From positions 1 to 64,000 of the forward strand of contig JBDHAB010000018.1 of assembly GCA_039588295.1 (NCBI GenBank): a DNA stretch of 64,000 nucleotides, read 5' to 3'. The notes under the pieces were generated by a model, which did no database searches, was not told the DNA's origin, and saw only the letters and a program-made list of their open reading frames with translations. Positions 62,130-64,000 of the stretch are shown here, one piece after another (position 1 is the first letter of the stretch; each line of letters opens with the position of its first letter). This DNA is from Gemmatimonadota bacterium. GTDB taxonomy: Bacteria > Gemmatimonadota > Gemmatimonadetes > Gemmatimonadales > GWC2-71-9. Position numbers and translations under genes: made by a program.

Positions 62130-62666
62130 TCACCGCTCCGGCGCTTCGGAGATGCGGCCGCTGCGCGGCCCGAGTGCCGTCACGACAGCGAAATCCGGGT
62201 CGGCAGTGAAGCCGTCACCCTCGAGATGGCTGTCGGGCGAGTCAAACACAAATGGTTCCGTTCCAGAGATCTGGGCACTCACACGATCATACCGAAGGAT
62301 CGACGTCGTCAGGCGCCGACCGTCGGGCGTCTCGGCAACCACGTCCCCGCGCGCCTCCATGTCCCCGGTTCGCCATTGATACGTACCCTCCAGCGAGCGC
62401 ACCGTCGATGAGAGCCGCCCCTCCGACGAGTAGAACTCGACCTTCACCCCGATCAGGTCCGCACTCTGGGATGTCTGATAGAAGTACACGGTGTCCGAGA
62501 ACAGCTTGATGCGGAGCAAACCATCGATCGTGACGTTGTGCGTGACGCCGAACCCAATCTGGTCTGCCGTATCCGGCGCGCTCACCGTCGCCGCGGGAGG
62601 CCCTCCCCGGCCACATGCCGACACCCCAACGAGGACGCCGAGCACCACGAGGCTATTCGGACGCAC
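62130..62666 (-). CDS. lptC: LPS export protein LptC (lipobox-like VSAC)
   Basis: MEARGDVV, LTTSILRYD, LEGDGF..DPDF; kdsC-lptC-lptA-lptB order; start inferred. Confidence 0.82.
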   Translation of the reverse strand: MRPNSLVVLGVLVGVSACGRGGPPAATVSAPDTADQIGFGVTHNVTIDGLLRIKLFSDTVYFYQTSQSADLIGVKVEFYSSEGRLSSTVRSLEGTYQWRTGDMEARGDVVAETPDGRRLTTSILRYDRVSAQISGTEPFVFDSPDSHLEGDGFTADPDFAVVTALGPRSGRISEAPER

Positions 62667-63225
62667 GCCGCGCCTCGGCGGAAGCCGGTTCACGCTCGCG
62701 CAAGTACTGTTCGACCGCCTGGACCCACTCTCCTCGCGCACCGAGTAGGTCCTCCACGAACTCGCGCACCGCGCCGTGTCCGCCTACCGCCTTGGTCGCA
62801 TAGCGAGCGACGGCGCGAACCTCTGGCACGGCGTTGGACACCGTCGCCGGGAGCGCGACGCGCTTCAACACCGGCAGGTCCGGAAGGTCATCACCGACAA
62901 ACGCCGCCTCGTCCATTCGCAAACCGTACTTGTCCAGAATGGCCTCGAACGGTGACAGCTTGTGGGCGGTATCGTCCTGGATGATCTCGTCGACCCCGAG
63001 CTCGGTGGCATGCAGCGTCGTTGCAGGCGAAACCCGACCACTCACGAGCACGACGCGGATCCCCATTGCCCGGAGCAGCTTGATCGCCACTTTGTCTTGC
63101 ACGTCGAAGCGCTTGAGTTCCACGGGCTGGCCGCTGGCGGATCCGATGTACACGCTGCCGTCGGTGAGCACACCGTCTACGTCAAGACCCACGATCCGGA
63201 TGCGCCTCGCCGTCAGCGGGTCCAC
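62653..63225 (-). CDS. kdsC: KDO 8-phosphate phosphatase
   Basis: LDVDGVLTDG, VSGR, FVGDDLPD, GGHGAVRE; GTG start inferred. Confidence 0.92.
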   Translation of the reverse strand: MDPLTARRIRIVGLDVDGVLTDGSVYIGSASGQPVELKRFDVQDKVAIKLLRAMGIRVVLVSGRVSPATTLHATELGVDEIIQDDTAHKLSPFEAILDKYGLRMDEAAFVGDDLPDLPVLKRVALPATVSNAVPEVRAVARYATKAVGGHGAVREFVEDLLGARGEWVQAVEQYLREREPASAEARRASE

Positions 63226-64000
63226 GTCGCCGCACCCTCTGCATGGGCCGCATGCCACACCGTGACAGCGCGGTCGATCAGTGCTTCCAGGTCGTCCAGC
63301 GGCCAGATCGATGCGGCATCACTCCCCGATTCCGCCGGGCGAGGATGCGTCTCCAGGAAGAACCCGTCCGCACCGGCCGCTGCCGCCGCGCTGAGGAGAT
63401 GGGGCGTCTCCTCTCGACTTCCTCCACTCGTTCCGGCCGCCCCCCGCCCGGGCTGCTGCACGGCGTGCGTTGCGTCGAACAACACGGGGGTGCCGATCGT
63501 CGTTCGCATTCGACGGAAGCTCCGCATGTCGACCACCAGATCACCGTAGCCGAAGAACGTTCCCCGCTCCGTCACCGCGACATGTTCTCCTCCGGCGCCC
63601 TGCACTTTCGCCACGGCACCCGCCATCGCCTCGGGCGTCATCCACTGACCTTTCTTGATGTTCACCGGCTTGCCGACGCGACCCACCGCTTCGAGCAGAT
63701 CCGTCTGCCGACACAGGAACGCAGGGATCTGGAGCGCATCCACCACCGCCGCTGCTTGCTCGACCTGCCACACCTCATGCACGTCCGTCAGCACGGGCAG
63801 TCCCGTTTCGTCTCGCACTCGGCGGAGCGCTGCGAGACCGCGGTCGATGCCGGGTCCCCGCGGAGCGTGCGGCACCGAACGATTGGCTTTGTCAAAGCTC
63901 GCCTTGAAGATGACGCGCAGCCCGAACTTCGACGAGAGATCGGTTAGGCGGGCCGCGATCGCCAGGTTCACCGCATCCCGATCGGCGACGCATGGACCTG
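63213..64000 (-). CDS. kdsA: KDO 8-phosphate synthase (5' end beyond the window)
   Basis: GPCV at the window edge, KASFDKANRS, TDVHE, QIPAFLCRQTDL, NIKKGQ, ERG..FGY, FDATHAVQ. Confidence 0.95.
   Translation of the reverse strand, partial: GPCVADRDAVNLAIAARLTDLSSKFGLRVIFKASFDKANRSVPHAPRGPGIDRGLAALRRVRDETGLPVLTDVHEVWQVEQAAAVVDALQIPAFLCRQTDLLEAVGRVGKPVNIKKGQWMTPEAMAGAVAKVQGAGGEHVAVTERGTFFGYGDLVVDMRSFRRMRTTIGTPVLFDATHAVQQPGRGAAGTSGGSREETPHLLSAAAAAGADGFFLETHPRPAESGSDAASIWPLDDLEALIDRAVTVWHAAHAEGAATWTR

Overview
GC-rich (by eye) core chromosomal region of a diderm bacterium. Gene order and protein style suggest Gemmatimonadota/FCB group; this is an inference, with no taxonomy search run. The window opens in the 3' end of 23S rRNA plus 5S rRNA. 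About 46 kb of almost entirely + strand genes follow: MarR, era, Trm112, PorV-like barrel, GGDEF, frameshifted prfB, lysS, lolE/lolD, mcsA-mcsB-clpC, bamA-skp-lpxD-lpxC/fabZ-lpxA-lpxB-DUF374-lpxK, gdh, rlmH, methyltransferase-bshC, murJ, uvrC, thrC, larC, two paralogous TPR proteins around tRNA-Gly, DUF512-der-plsY-gpsA, merR-surE-pcm-dedA-acyP and tRNA-Arg. A clear XerCD dif site at 46590-46617 marks the switch to - strand genes: kdsA-kdsC-lptC-lptA-lptB-rpoN, then a glycosylation cluster (GT2, deacetylase, GT4, flippase-like, YfhO GT-C, polyprenol-P-sugar synthase) and dapF. No mobile element, prophage or CRISPR is supported. The best novel-system candidate is a Bacteroidota-like general protein O-glycosylation system: D-S-(A/I/L/V/M/T) sequons are strongly enriched in exported proteins, and a lipid-carrier/GT-C cluster lies in the same window. 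Other notable points are a probable N-methyl-bacillithiol gene pair, LptB with a ~145-aa N-terminal extension, a Cys-tailed MarR, and a 29-bp duplication that frameshifts plsY.
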